Positions 35,694 to 44,771 of a DNA stretch of 64,000 nucleotides are shown here, one piece after another. The DNA is from a bacterium (GTDB lineage: Bacteria; Patescibacteriota; CG2-30-54-11; JBAXVQ01): the NCBI GenBank assembly GCA_037128935.1, contig JBAXVQ010000003.1, positions 1,980 to 65,979 of the forward strand, given 5' to 3'. Positions within the stretch are counted from its first letter, which is position 1. Every line of letters starts with the position of its first letter. The translations under genes were made by a program, and so were the position numbers. The notes below the pieces were generated by a model, which saw only the letters and a program-made list of their open reading frames with translations, was not told the DNA's origin and did not search any database.

Positions 35694-36378
35694 TCGCAGT
35701 ATTACGTTCGTTAATAAACGCTAGTAAAGTATGTTCATTAAAGGCAGAATCCGAAGGCATTTTGTTTTCTTTTACACAGTACGACCAAAGAGGAATTATT
35801 ACTTCAGCAAGGAAGCGCTCTTCCACATCATGACCAAATTCTGAAGAGATGTACTGCTGCAAAAGCTGACCATTATTTGTTCGATCTCTCAATGCTGCTG
35901 TCGCAGCAACAGCAAGGAGAAGTAGGGTATTTTTTGTCCCATCTGGTTCAGTGCCAAGGTCTTTTTTGACTCGTGTTCGATAATCAGCTGCTGTCATTTG
36001 ACCAAGTAGATCAGCAACGATAATACGCAAGGCTCTTTTCTCTTCTTTCACTCTGTTTTCACCAGAGAAAGCCGTACTAATCATTCCCAAATCTAGTTTG
36101 AAGGTTCTGTTTTCCTGCCAATGAAGTTGCGCAACCTGTTGTGGTTTATTTCTATCGTAGTCTGCGTAATTAACTATTCTCAAAATTGTAGCAATCTCGC
36201 TTTCATGATAATTCGCCCTAGCAAGAAAATCCTGAACAACAGAGGCTTTTGGAGAAACGCTTGTGGGAGCTCCATATTTTTCTTCAGCAGCACCAAGATC
36301 ATGAACAACTGCTGCGGTGACATCGTATTCATCACCCCTTGTGCATAACGCGGCAGTAAAACCATAAGTATGGTACAT
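35671..36378 (-). CDS. Putative HD-domain protein (weak call)
   Basis: H3 ... VVHDLG at residues 24-29 has the spacing of the HD phosphohydrolase H...HD signature. The rest is unrecognised. TATAAT-like box upstream. Confidence 0.35.
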   Translation of the reverse strand: MYHTYGFTAALCTRGDEYDVTAAVVHDLGAAEEKYGAPTSVSPKASVVQDFLARANYHESEIATILRIVNYADYDRNKPQQVAQLHWQENRTFKLDLGMISTAFSGENRVKEEKRALRIIVADLLGQMTAADYRTRVKKDLGTEPDGTKNTLLLLAVAATAALRDRTNNGQLLQQYISSEFGHDVEERFLAEVIIPLWSYCVKENKMPSDSAFNEHTLLAFINERNTAINPVQQP

Positions 36379-36878
36379 TTCTCGTACTATTTGCGTGCAT
36401 TATAACGTATTTGTTTAGCCGTTTGCTTTCGTCTCTGAGATAGTTTTTAGCAAGTTGGAGAAGTCTTGGGATCTGGCTATATCGTTGTGTAAATGCCTCA
36501 TATCCTGAGCAATTTTCGCCAGGTGGTCTCCAAATCAAATGCATCAAGTAAAGCGCTCTTCTTGTAGCAAATTTTTCTCGCGTAGTAGTACGTAGAAGTT
36601 TATTTCTACATGATAGAGAATGTCTATATTGTCCTGCTAAGACGTGCTCTCTCCTTACGCTCACTCCATCTTTCGAGAAAAAGTAATTGTATAGCAAAGT
36701 AATAAAAATAATATAAAAATGACTAATTGATAGTTGATAGTGGTATTTATAATATATAAATTGATAAGTGTTTGTGGGTGTTTTTGTTGTTTATTTCAAT
36801 CAGTAGAAAGCAACTGATTCATTACATATAAGATTTTATTCAATCCCCATTCCGCTATAATGCCTGTAAGGAGCCACC

Positions 36879-38054
36879 ATGCAGGCACTAAAACAACACT
36901 ACGATTACACCATCGCCGGAGCCGGAGCCTCAGGCCTCAGCCTAGCTTGTGACATTGTGCAACATCCCGCCCTCTGTGACAAAGCACTCCTCCTCCTCGA
37001 CCCCGTATCCAAAAACACCAATGACCGCACTTGGTGTTTCTGGACGAACGAAGCTACCACTGTTGATCATCTCATCACCCACACCTGGAAAAAATTACGC
37101 CTACAAAACCACGAAGAAGTGATTACTCGAGAGCTGGAAAATTACCATTACGCCTACGTTCGAGGTCTGGATTTTTACAACCACACGCAGGAAATGCTAA
37201 GAAAAAATCCAAACGTGCAGATGCTTCAAGCCAGAGTAGAACACTATGCAGAAGATCAAAACGGAAATGGTGCAGTAACAGCTCAAGGAAGAGTTTTTTC
37301 TACGAATTGGTTATTCGACAGTACCCCCACCAAAAGCCAGTCTCATGCAAGTCAAAAAGCAAATAATTTCTCACTCCTCCAACACTTCAAAGGCTGGGAA
37401 ATTACTACCGAAAAAGACTGCTTTAATCCAGAAGTCGCAACGTTTATGGACTTCCGCACCGAGCAGCAAGGACAGGTACGATTCTTCTACATCCTGCCCT
37501 TTTCTCCAACCAAAGCGATGATTGAATTTACCGTCATTTCGCAACAACTCTTACCCACTCACGAGTACGATGTTATTTTACGTGAATACATCGAAAAACA
37601 ACTCAACATTGCTTCGTATACAATCCTCCACCAAGAGCACGGCGTAATCCCTCTCAATACAAAAAGACATCCGAGACAACTTGCAGAAAGAGTGATGAGT
37701 ATCGGTGGGAAAGCCGGTATGATTCGTCCATCCACAGGGTTTTGTTTTTCCAATATCTTAAAAGACAGTGCAGCCATTGCCGAGTCTCTCGCCTTAACCG
37801 GACAACCTTTTCACAAGGAAGAAATGCCAAGTCGCTATCGTCGATACGATGCGTTGTTATTTGACATTCTATTGAACCAACACTACCCACTAAGTTCAGT
37901 ATTTATGCAACTGTTTCGAAATAACAGGATAGAGAATGTGTTTAAATTTCTTGATGGCACAGCAACTGTTTTGGAAGATTTCTCAGTAATCAACTCACTA
38001 CCAAAGAGCATTTTTCTAAAACCACTTGTCAGGCAGATTATTAGGGGAATGTAA
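36879..38054 (+). CDS. Lycopene cyclase family protein (CrtY-type FAD-dependent)
   Basis: YDYTIAGAGASGLSLA dinucleotide motif followed by KNTNDRTWCFW, as in lycopene beta-cyclase family proteins. About 390 aa. TATAAT and AAGGAG upstream. Confidence 0.7.
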   Translation: MQALKQHYDYTIAGAGASGLSLACDIVQHPALCDKALLLLDPVSKNTNDRTWCFWTNEATTVDHLITHTWKKLRLQNHEEVITRELENYHYAYVRGLDFYNHTQEMLRKNPNVQMLQARVEHYAEDQNGNGAVTAQGRVFSTNWLFDSTPTKSQSHASQKANNFSLLQHFKGWEITTEKDCFNPEVATFMDFRTEQQGQVRFFYILPFSPTKAMIEFTVISQQLLPTHEYDVILREYIEKQLNIASYTILHQEHGVIPLNTKRHPRQLAERVMSIGGKAGMIRPSTGFCFSNILKDSAAIAESLALTGQPFHKEEMPSRYRRYDALLFDILLNQHYPLSSVFMQLFRNNRIENVFKFLDGTATVLEDFSVINSLPKSIFLKPLVRQIIRGM

Positions 38055-38121
38055 CAGTCATTCTAAATATAAAGTTATAGAGCTAAGTCACTAGTCACAT
38101 GCTCTTTAATTGTCTTTCGAA

Positions 38122-38364
38122 TTAAGTAAGCAACCTGCCAATCCAGATAACAATCGCAGCCCCAATCACTGCAACTAGCAAGCTATAAAGATTGAAGCCC
38201 GTCACCCCATCCTGCCCAAAAAAATTCATAACAAAACCACCAACCAACGCCCCCACAATCCCAAGGACAATATCCATGAGTATGCCTTGTCCCCCCGTTT
38301 TCATAATCATTGAACCAATCCAGCCAGCCAGTGCACCCAGAACAATCCATGCAATTATATTCAT
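38122..38364 (-). CDS. GlsB/YeaQ/YmgE-family stress-response membrane protein
   Basis: 80 aa. IIAWIVLGALAGWIGSMIM...DIVLGIVGALVGGFV pattern. Confidence 0.9.
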   Translation of the reverse strand: MNIIAWIVLGALAGWIGSMIMKTGGQGILMDIVLGIVGALVGGFVMNFFGQDGVTGFNLYSLLVAVIGAAIVIWIGRLLT

Positions 38365-38708
38365 AGCCGCAAACTCCTTCTTCGTTACTTAGTAGTGGTT
38401 TATGACGGACGAAATCTGAACAGTTTTTACACGCTCAAGCTATTGGTATTAACAACATCAGTTCTGAGCATGCAACAGATACGACACTAAGAAAATGAAA
38501 GTCTTACCGCCACTATTGCTAAAAAGACGTGCTAAGTCCTTAGGTCCTTTTTGGGTAACAAAATGGTTGAAAGAAATACCAAACAATCGTGTCGTAAACA
38601 GCAGAGATTACCTAATAAGGTTAAAGAGCAATTGCAGATCTTTATTAAGAAGCAATAGATGAAGCGAGATATTGCATCGGAAAATAATCACCATAAAAGG
38701 AGAATCAC

Positions 38709-38903
38709 ATGCTTAGCACACAAGCTCAAAATCAAGGGAGCAGAGATCAACGAGGTTTCGCCTCAATGACTTCTGCGCAGCAAAAAAAAATCGCCAGTAT
38801 GGGTGGGAAAGCCGTTAGCCAGGATCGTCAACACATGGCCGAAATCGGACGTAGAGGAGGGAAAGCCTCACATGGTAGTAATCGCCAAGCATCCGTAGCA
38901 TAG
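38709..38903 (+). CDS. KGG-repeat general stress protein (YciG/Con-10 type)
   Basis: 64 aa. RGFASMTSAQQKKIASMGGKA and GRRGGKASHG repeats. Confidence 0.8.
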   Translation: MLSTQAQNQGSRDQRGFASMTSAQQKKIASMGGKAVSQDRQHMAEIGRRGGKASHGSNRQASVA

Positions 38904-39204
38904 TAAATTGTTGTTTTTGATGAGAGGTAAGCAATAAAGTAACGAGGGCATTCAAGAAGTAAGAAAAGAAATGGCACTAGCAAACAGCCTTTTCTTTCGA
39001 AAAGAAGGCTGTTGTTACCTCAGTGAAACAGATGTTAGGCGATGTGTGCAAAACTCATCCATAACAGATTAGGGTAGTACGAGTTATACAAGATGAACCA
39101 CAGCAGTACATCAGTTGTAATAACTACAACTAAAAAACAGAGCCTTCTGCTCAACAGAAAATAGAATTACTAGGAGAAGAGCGAGGCTGTGTAAAGAGGG
39201 GAAA

Positions 39205-39780
39205 ATGAAGGAAGAACTTTTTGTACGACATTATGAAGACTATTCGGACGCAATTTTTCGACACTGCTACTTTCGAGTTTCGGATCGTGAACGGGCAAAA
39301 GAGTTGATGCAGGAATGCTTTATGAAGACATGGGAGTATGTTTGTAAAGGGCAGCAGATCGAAAATATGAAAGCATTTCTCTACAAAGTTGCAAATAATT
39401 TGATCTGCAACGAGGCACGAAAAAAAACAACAAAATCCCTCGAAATACTTAGTGAATTTGGGGGTGAGCCAGGGGTAGTAAGCAAAGAAATCAGTTTTGC
39501 GCACTTGGATGGAAAAGAAGCTGTCGATATACTCAAAAAGATCAATGAGCTTTACCGTGATCCCATAGTGTTAAAATTTATTGATGGATTTACAATAAAA
39601 GAAATAGCACAAATACTGGATCTGACTCAGAATGTTGTATCAGTTCGTATTCACCGCGGGCTCAAGCAACTGCGTAAAATATTTGAGGCAAACACCATCG
39701 AAGACCAAAATCATGGAAAAAAAAGTAATGCAATTTTTTACAAACCCCACAACAAAACAGCGTTTAGAGGAAGAAAATAA
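39205..39780 (+). CDS. ECF-type sigma-70 family RNA polymerase sigma factor
   Basis: Region 2 (YSDAIFRHCYFRVSDRERAKELMQECFMKTWEY) and region 4 HTH (FTIKEIAQILDLTQNVVSVRIHRGLKQLRKI). Confidence 0.8.
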   Translation: MKEELFVRHYEDYSDAIFRHCYFRVSDRERAKELMQECFMKTWEYVCKGQQIENMKAFLYKVANNLICNEARKKTTKSLEILSEFGGEPGVVSKEISFAHLDGKEAVDILKKINELYRDPIVLKFIDGFTIKEIAQILDLTQNVVSVRIHRGLKQLRKIFEANTIEDQNHGKKSNAIFYKPHNKTAFRGRK

Positions 39781-40012
39781 TTATTTGCAAGAGGATGCCT
39801 CCAGTGAGGCAATAGAAAAGCTATTTCAGGAACTAACACAAGTAAAACTTGAAGCAGCAGAAAAAGAGGCATCGAAAGAAAAAATACTCCAAAGTATGAA
39901 AAAAAAAGAGTTTAGATGTCCGATACTTAGGACTATTGTTTTCTTGATTAAAAAAGTAAGAAAACAATATTCTTCAAATAAAGCCACCAGTGACTGTTGC
40001 ATATACTCGTAG
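39713..40012 (+). CDS. Hypothetical protein overlapping the sigma-factor 3' end (possible anti-sigma partner; weak)
   Basis: Internal ATG 39713 of ORF 39632..40012 (MEKKVMQFF...). Charged coiled segment plus one short hydrophobic stretch. Assignment is positional only. Confidence 0.25.
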   Translation: MEKKVMQFFTNPTTKQRLEEENNYLQEDASSEAIEKLFQELTQVKLEAAEKEASKEKILQSMKKKEFRCPILRTIVFLIKKVRKQYSSNKATSDCCIYS

Positions 40013-40152
40013 AGACTTTTTTCTCCTAACTTACTAAACCACATACACGCGAGCACTGTTTCTAATGCCTCTTGTCAGGTATACTTGCTTGTGTCTTCTC
40101 AGTTTTTTAGAAATTGTCCTGATTGCTAGGGTATCTTGGCGCCTGCTGAATC

Positions 40153-40204
40153 AAGCTTAATGAGCAAGTTCTGAACACTATTTCAGCATTTCCTCATTAA
40201 GCTT
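40153..40204 (+). promoter_or_regulatory. Stem-loop in the pnp 5' leader
   Basis: Perfect 12-bp inverted repeat AAGCTTAATGAG (40153-40164) / CTCATTAAGCTT (40193-40204) enclosing the inner hairpin CTGAA/TTCAG, 90 nt upstream of the pnp ATG. Confidence 0.55.
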
Positions 40205-40293
40205 CGGCAGTCGGAACTCCAAGCAATACTCCTCTTCAGCCCTTTTTCTCAATGCTCTAGAAGGCACACATTCCTAATCTTGGGGTATCCAGT

Positions 40294-42405
40294 ATGGACA
40301 CAACCATCCACGAAGTCTCTGCCATGGTGGCAGGACGAAAGCTGACGTTAAAAACCGGCTTTCTCGCGCCACAGGCTTCAGCAGTTTGCTGGGCTCAGTA
40401 CGGCGACACCGTAGTTTTTGCAACCGTTTCTCTCTCGGAAAAAGCGGCTACCGGCATTGATTTCATGCCTCTAACCGTCAATGTGGAAGAAAAGTTTTAC
40501 GCTGCCGGAAAGATCGGTGGAAGCCGTTTTATCCGCCGCGAAGGACGTCCATCAGACAGCTCCATTTTGGCCTGTCGCCTTGTTGACCGTCCATTGCGCC
40601 CTCTTTTCGACAAAAACGTCCGCAACGAAGTACAGATAGTCACCACGATCATGTCCACAGACTATGACAACCAACCCGACATCCTTGCTATCATTGCTTC
40701 ATCCGCAGCGCTACACCTTTCCGAAGCCCCATGGGCTGGCCCAGTTGGTGGTGTTCGCGTTGGACTCGTCAACGGTGAACTCATCCTCAACCCCAACCTC
40801 GAACAGCTCAAAGTCGGTGATCTCGACCTTGTTGTCGCCGGTACATCCGACGCCGTCGTCATGGTAGAAGCGGGCGCCAATCAGGTTGCCGAAGATAAAA
40901 TTATCGACGCCATCGATTTTGGTCACAAAGCCATTGCAGCAATTACCGATCTCCAAGAACAACTTCGCCAGAAAGCTGGAAAGCCAAAAGTTACCTGGGA
41001 TCTTGCAAAGATTCCTGCTGGCCTGATCGACCAGATCAGCGAACAGTATAAGCAGAAAATCACCGAAGCTCTTTTCTCATCACTATCGAAAAAAGATAAG
41101 CAACGCGTTGTTGATACTTTGAAAGACGAAGTCATCGCAACATTCGTTGTCCTCGATGAAACAAACCCAGAACACTCCATCACAAAAATTCACGTCTCTG
41201 ATGCCTACGATTCCATCATCCGCAGCATCACCAGAAAATCGATTATCGAACAAGGTTTGCGCGTAGACGGACGAAAAACCGACCAAATCCGCGACATCAA
41301 CTGTCAGGTCGGTATTCTCCCCCGTCAGCACGGAACAGCGTTATTTACCCGTGGTGAAACACAGGCACTAACCATCACAACACTTGGTGCACCTTCTGAC
41401 TCCCAAATCATCGACGGTATCGGCGAAGAAGAAGAAACCAAGAAACGTTATATGCACCACTACAATGCGCCTCCCTACAGCCTAGGCATCGTTGCCCAAC
41501 TCCGTGGCCCAAGACGCCGCGAAATCGGCCACGGTCACCTTGCAGAAAGAGCTTTAGCACCAGTACTTCCAACCGAAGAACAGTTTCCGTACACACTTCG
41601 TCTCGTCTCTGAAGTCCTTTCCCAGAACGGTTCTTCTTCCATGGCCAGCACATGCGGAAGCACGCTTTCTCTGATGGATGCCGGTGTTCCTATCACTGCT
41701 CCTGTCTCCGGTATTGCGATGGGATTGGTAAAAGAAGGCGATCAGGTCGCTATTCTTTCCGACATTCATGGATGGGAAGATGCTCTCGGTGATATGGATT
41801 TCAAAGGCACAGGGACAACAAAAGGCGTCACAGCACTTCAGCTCGACATGAAGATCAAAGGTATTTCCACCGATATTCTCAGAAAAGCGCTCGAACAGGG
41901 GCGCATTGGCCGCCTCCACATCCTCGAGCAAATGATCGCAGTGATGCCAACTCCTCGTGCTCAGCTTTCTCCTTTTGCACCACGCCTCATTCAGCTCATG
42001 GTGAACCCTGAGAAGGTTGGACTCGTCATCGGCCCACAAGGCAAAACCATCAAGAAAATCATCGAAGAAACCGGCGTTACCATCGACATCGAAGATGGCG
42101 GCAGAATAATCATCACCGGCACCAACGCCGATGCCTGCGCTCTCGCTCAGAAACGCATCGAAGAACTCACCGCCGAAGTCGAAGTTGGAAAAATTTACGA
42201 AGGTAAAGTTGTTAAAGTAGCGGACTACGGCGCTTTTGTAGAAATTCTTCCTGGCCAGACCGGCATGGTACACGTCTCAAAATGGGCAAACCATCGTGTA
42301 GAAAAAATGCAAGACGAAGCCAAAGATGGCGATATAGTTCGTGTAAAAGTGACCGGTATCGATGATCAGGATAGAATTGTTCTTTCCAAGAAAGATATTG
42401 AGTAA
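40294..42405 (+). CDS. pnp: Polyribonucleotide nucleotidyltransferase (PNPase)
   Basis: 703 aa. Two RNase PH domains, then KH (GPQGKTIKKIIEETG) and S1 (GKVVKVADYGAFVEI) domains. Confidence 0.95.
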   Translation: MDTTIHEVSAMVAGRKLTLKTGFLAPQASAVCWAQYGDTVVFATVSLSEKAATGIDFMPLTVNVEEKFYAAGKIGGSRFIRREGRPSDSSILACRLVDRPLRPLFDKNVRNEVQIVTTIMSTDYDNQPDILAIIASSAALHLSEAPWAGPVGGVRVGLVNGELILNPNLEQLKVGDLDLVVAGTSDAVVMVEAGANQVAEDKIIDAIDFGHKAIAAITDLQEQLRQKAGKPKVTWDLAKIPAGLIDQISEQYKQKITEALFSSLSKKDKQRVVDTLKDEVIATFVVLDETNPEHSITKIHVSDAYDSIIRSITRKSIIEQGLRVDGRKTDQIRDINCQVGILPRQHGTALFTRGETQALTITTLGAPSDSQIIDGIGEEEETKKRYMHHYNAPPYSLGIVAQLRGPRRREIGHGHLAERALAPVLPTEEQFPYTLRLVSEVLSQNGSSSMASTCGSTLSLMDAGVPITAPVSGIAMGLVKEGDQVAILSDIHGWEDALGDMDFKGTGTTKGVTALQLDMKIKGISTDILRKALEQGRIGRLHILEQMIAVMPTPRAQLSPFAPRLIQLMVNPEKVGLVIGPQGKTIKKIIEETGVTIDIEDGGRIIITGTNADACALAQKRIEELTAEVEVGKIYEGKVVKVADYGAFVEILPGQTGMVHVSKWANHRVEKMQDEAKDGDIVRVKVTGIDDQDRIVLSKKDIE

Positions 42406-42420
42406 GATTTTTTAGTACAA

Positions 42421-42461
42421 AAGACCAGTGCAGACAAGTTGTCTGCGCTGGTCTTTTTTTT
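42421..42461 (+). terminator. Intrinsic terminator of pnp
   Basis: GACCAGTGCAGACAAGTTGTCTGCGCTGGTC hairpin followed by T8. Confidence 0.85.
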
Positions 42462-42485
42462 CTGCAAGCGAGAAATACTGAAATG

Positions 42486-42570
42486 CAACCCCCTCCAACT
42501 CCCCCTTGCCAAGGGGGAGAGAACAGTTGGTTTACTCCTCCCCTTTCCAAGGGGAGGTTGGGTGGGGTTG
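42486..42570. repeat. G/C-rich nested palindromic element, family 2, copy a
   Basis: Arms CAACCCCCTCCAACTCCCCCTTGCCAAGGGGGAG / CTCCCCTTTCCAAGGGGAGGTTGGGTGGGGTTG. Each arm contains its own CCCCTT..AAGGGG hairpin. Lies between the convergent pnp and recQ genes. Confidence 0.75.
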
Positions 42571-42581
42571 GATTTGATTTC

Positions 42582-44771
42582 TTACTCCTCATTCCCCATC
42601 AAACTCTCTCGGTTTGCATTCTCCATTGCCATAACAGCCCGTACCAACCTGATTTCTTCGAAAGAGTACGCACTGCCCAGAAGTTCTTTGATTGGAGTAA
42701 TCGGACCGCCAGCCGCATCGATAAGCATCTTTCTAATCACCATCTGTTTTTCAGGCATCACAAAGCGGTCAAGAGTAATTTCATCCCCAGCCAGAACTGC
42801 CTTCTCAATATGACTGGCTACAGTCCCAGAAACAATTCCACGTTGCTTAGCAATTTCCTCAATACTCAGACCCTGTCTCACCATTTCCATTGTGTGCGAA
42901 ATAGTTTCAGTTTTTGCAGGTTTAGTTTTTTTTCGGATTGTTCGAACTGTTCGGTTCTGCACAGCTTTTGATTTTGGCGCTATATTCCGAGGCGTGCAGT
43001 AGGCCTCTATTTCGTTGAGGAATAATGAGCCATACCAATCCAGTTTCTGTTTTCCAACACCACTGATGGTGGAAAACTGCTCTTTAGTTTGCGGAAAATA
43101 CTGCGCCATTTCTTCAAGACTGATGTCTGAAAAAATAATGTACGGCGGGACGTTCTTTTCATCAGCAAGCCGTTTTCTTAACACACGCAACGCAGCAAAA
43201 AGCTCTCTATCAAAGTCAGGTCTCGTGCTCTCCTGTCGCAGTTCAGTAGGTTCCTGCGGTTGAGTAAGCACAACCTTTAGCCCATTTTTTAACACATCCC
43301 AACTTTTGCCAGTCAGGCGTACGATTGGGTATTTTTCTTGTGTAATTTCTAAACATCCCTGTTCGGCTAATTGACGTGTAAACGCCTGAATTTGCTGTGG
43401 TGAATAGTCAGTAATAATTCCATAGGTAGTCAGTTTGTTATGCTCATTTTCTAGCACTCGTTTATCTTTCGAGCCCACAAGCACTTTTGCAACGTGCCCT
43501 GTACCAAAACGCTCACCAGTACGCACAACGCAGGAAATAATTTTCTGCGCAAGTGTTGTCCCATCGAAAGTAGGATCAGGACTCAAGCAGTTGTCACAGT
43601 TATCACACGTCTCGCCCTGCATCTCTTCACCAAAGTAGCTAAGTAACGACTTTCGTCGGCATTGTCTTTGTTCCGCGTACCGGACAACCTGGGTTAGCTG
43701 TGCCCGAGCAATTTCCTGCTCTTTTGGATCCTGTTTCATCCGAATGAAATGCTCGATAGCTTCTTTGTCTCCATAACTAAAAAACAGCAAGCATTCGCTC
43801 GGCAAACTATCTCTACCAGCACGGCCAGTTTCCTGATAATACCGTTCCAGATTCGCTGGGAGATCATAGTGAATAACAAACCGCACATTCGGCTTATCAA
43901 TACCCATCCCAAAGGCAATAGTAGCCACAATAATATCTACGTTGTCACGTGAAAAAGCTTCCTGATTTTTCCTACGCACCTCATCAGAAAGTCCGGCGTG
44001 ATAGGGCAACGCCTTTATCCCGTTTGCCTTGAGGCGTTCAGCAATCCCATCCACCTTCTTCCTGCTCTGGCAGTAAATAATTCCCGACTGCTGGGGGTGT
44101 TCAGCGATAAAGTCAAAGATCTGGTCAAAAGCATCTTTCTTCGGACGAACACTGTAATAAAGATTGGGTCTATTAAAACTTGCCTGGTAGGTTTTCGCAT
44201 TCTGTAGGCCCAGTTGGATAAGAATATCAGCCTGCACTCGTTCCGTAGCCGTAGCCGTCAACGCAATAAGTGGAATCGTTGAGAATTCTTTTTTCACCAC
44301 CGAAAGCTGTCGGTATTCTGGACGAAAATCATGTCCCCACTCAGAAATACAGTGTGCCTCATCGATCGCAAACAACGTAAGTGGAAACCCCCGTAACGTT
44401 TGCCAAAAATTTGGTTGAGCCAACCGTTCTGGAGCCAGATACAGCAATGAAAGTTCGCCATTTCTTGCCGCTGCAAGTACCTGCTGTTGCTGGGCTTGTG
44501 TCTGAGAACTATTAAGAAATGCTGCTTTAACGCCATTCTGCTGCAACCCATCCACCTGATCCTTCATCAACGCAATCAACGGAGAAACAACAACCGTTAC
44601 ACCCTCGCTTGCTATCGCCGGTAGTTGATAACAAAGCGATTTACCACTACCCGTTGGCATCAAAACAAACACATCTTTTTTCGCCAACACATCCTGAATA
44701 ATTTCTTCCTGAAGCGGGCGGAACGAAGTGTAGCCAAAGTACTGTTGAAGAATCTCGAAATACTTATTCAT
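42582..44771 (-). CDS. recQ: ATP-dependent DNA helicase RecQ with C-terminal HRDC and extra HTH-like domain
   Basis: 729 aa. Motif I PTGSGKS, DEAH, the zinc-binding CDNCDNC module, HRDC (LRKRLADEKNVPPYIIFSD) and a ~130 aa helical tail. Confidence 0.95.
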   Translation of the reverse strand: MNKYFEILQQYFGYTSFRPLQEEIIQDVLAKKDVFVLMPTGSGKSLCYQLPAIASEGVTVVVSPLIALMKDQVDGLQQNGVKAAFLNSSQTQAQQQQVLAAARNGELSLLYLAPERLAQPNFWQTLRGFPLTLFAIDEAHCISEWGHDFRPEYRQLSVVKKEFSTIPLIALTATATERVQADILIQLGLQNAKTYQASFNRPNLYYSVRPKKDAFDQIFDFIAEHPQQSGIIYCQSRKKVDGIAERLKANGIKALPYHAGLSDEVRRKNQEAFSRDNVDIIVATIAFGMGIDKPNVRFVIHYDLPANLERYYQETGRAGRDSLPSECLLFFSYGDKEAIEHFIRMKQDPKEQEIARAQLTQVVRYAEQRQCRRKSLLSYFGEEMQGETCDNCDNCLSPDPTFDGTTLAQKIISCVVRTGERFGTGHVAKVLVGSKDKRVLENEHNKLTTYGIITDYSPQQIQAFTRQLAEQGCLEITQEKYPIVRLTGKSWDVLKNGLKVVLTQPQEPTELRQESTRPDFDRELFAALRVLRKRLADEKNVPPYIIFSDISLEEMAQYFPQTKEQFSTISGVGKQKLDWYGSLFLNEIEAYCTPRNIAPKSKAVQNRTVRTIRKKTKPAKTETISHTMEMVRQGLSIEEIAKQRGIVSGTVASHIEKAVLAGDEITLDRFVMPEKQMVIRKMLIDAAGGPITPIKELLGSAYSFEEIRLVRAVMAMENANRESLMGNEE

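Noticed and set aside
36332-36697. 121 aa minus-strand ORF upstream of the HD-like gene, considered as a separate gene or as the missing N-terminus of the HD-like protein.
   Set aside because: No motif recognised, odd Arg/Cys/Ser-rich composition, and a different frame from the HD-like ORF. Kept only as part of the unexplained spacer finding.
38423-38449. SigB-like promoter resemblance (GTTTTT-N15-TGGTAT) upstream of the stress genes.
   Set aside because: It is about 260 nt from the KGG start codon, is a single occurrence, and the organism's sigma repertoire is unknown. Too weak to call.
38495-38662. 55 aa highly basic small ORF (MKVLPPLLLKRRAKSLGPFW...) in the spacer upstream of the KGG gene.
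   Set aside because: No Shine-Dalgarno sequence, no recognisable family, below the track cutoff. It cannot be supported from sequence alone.
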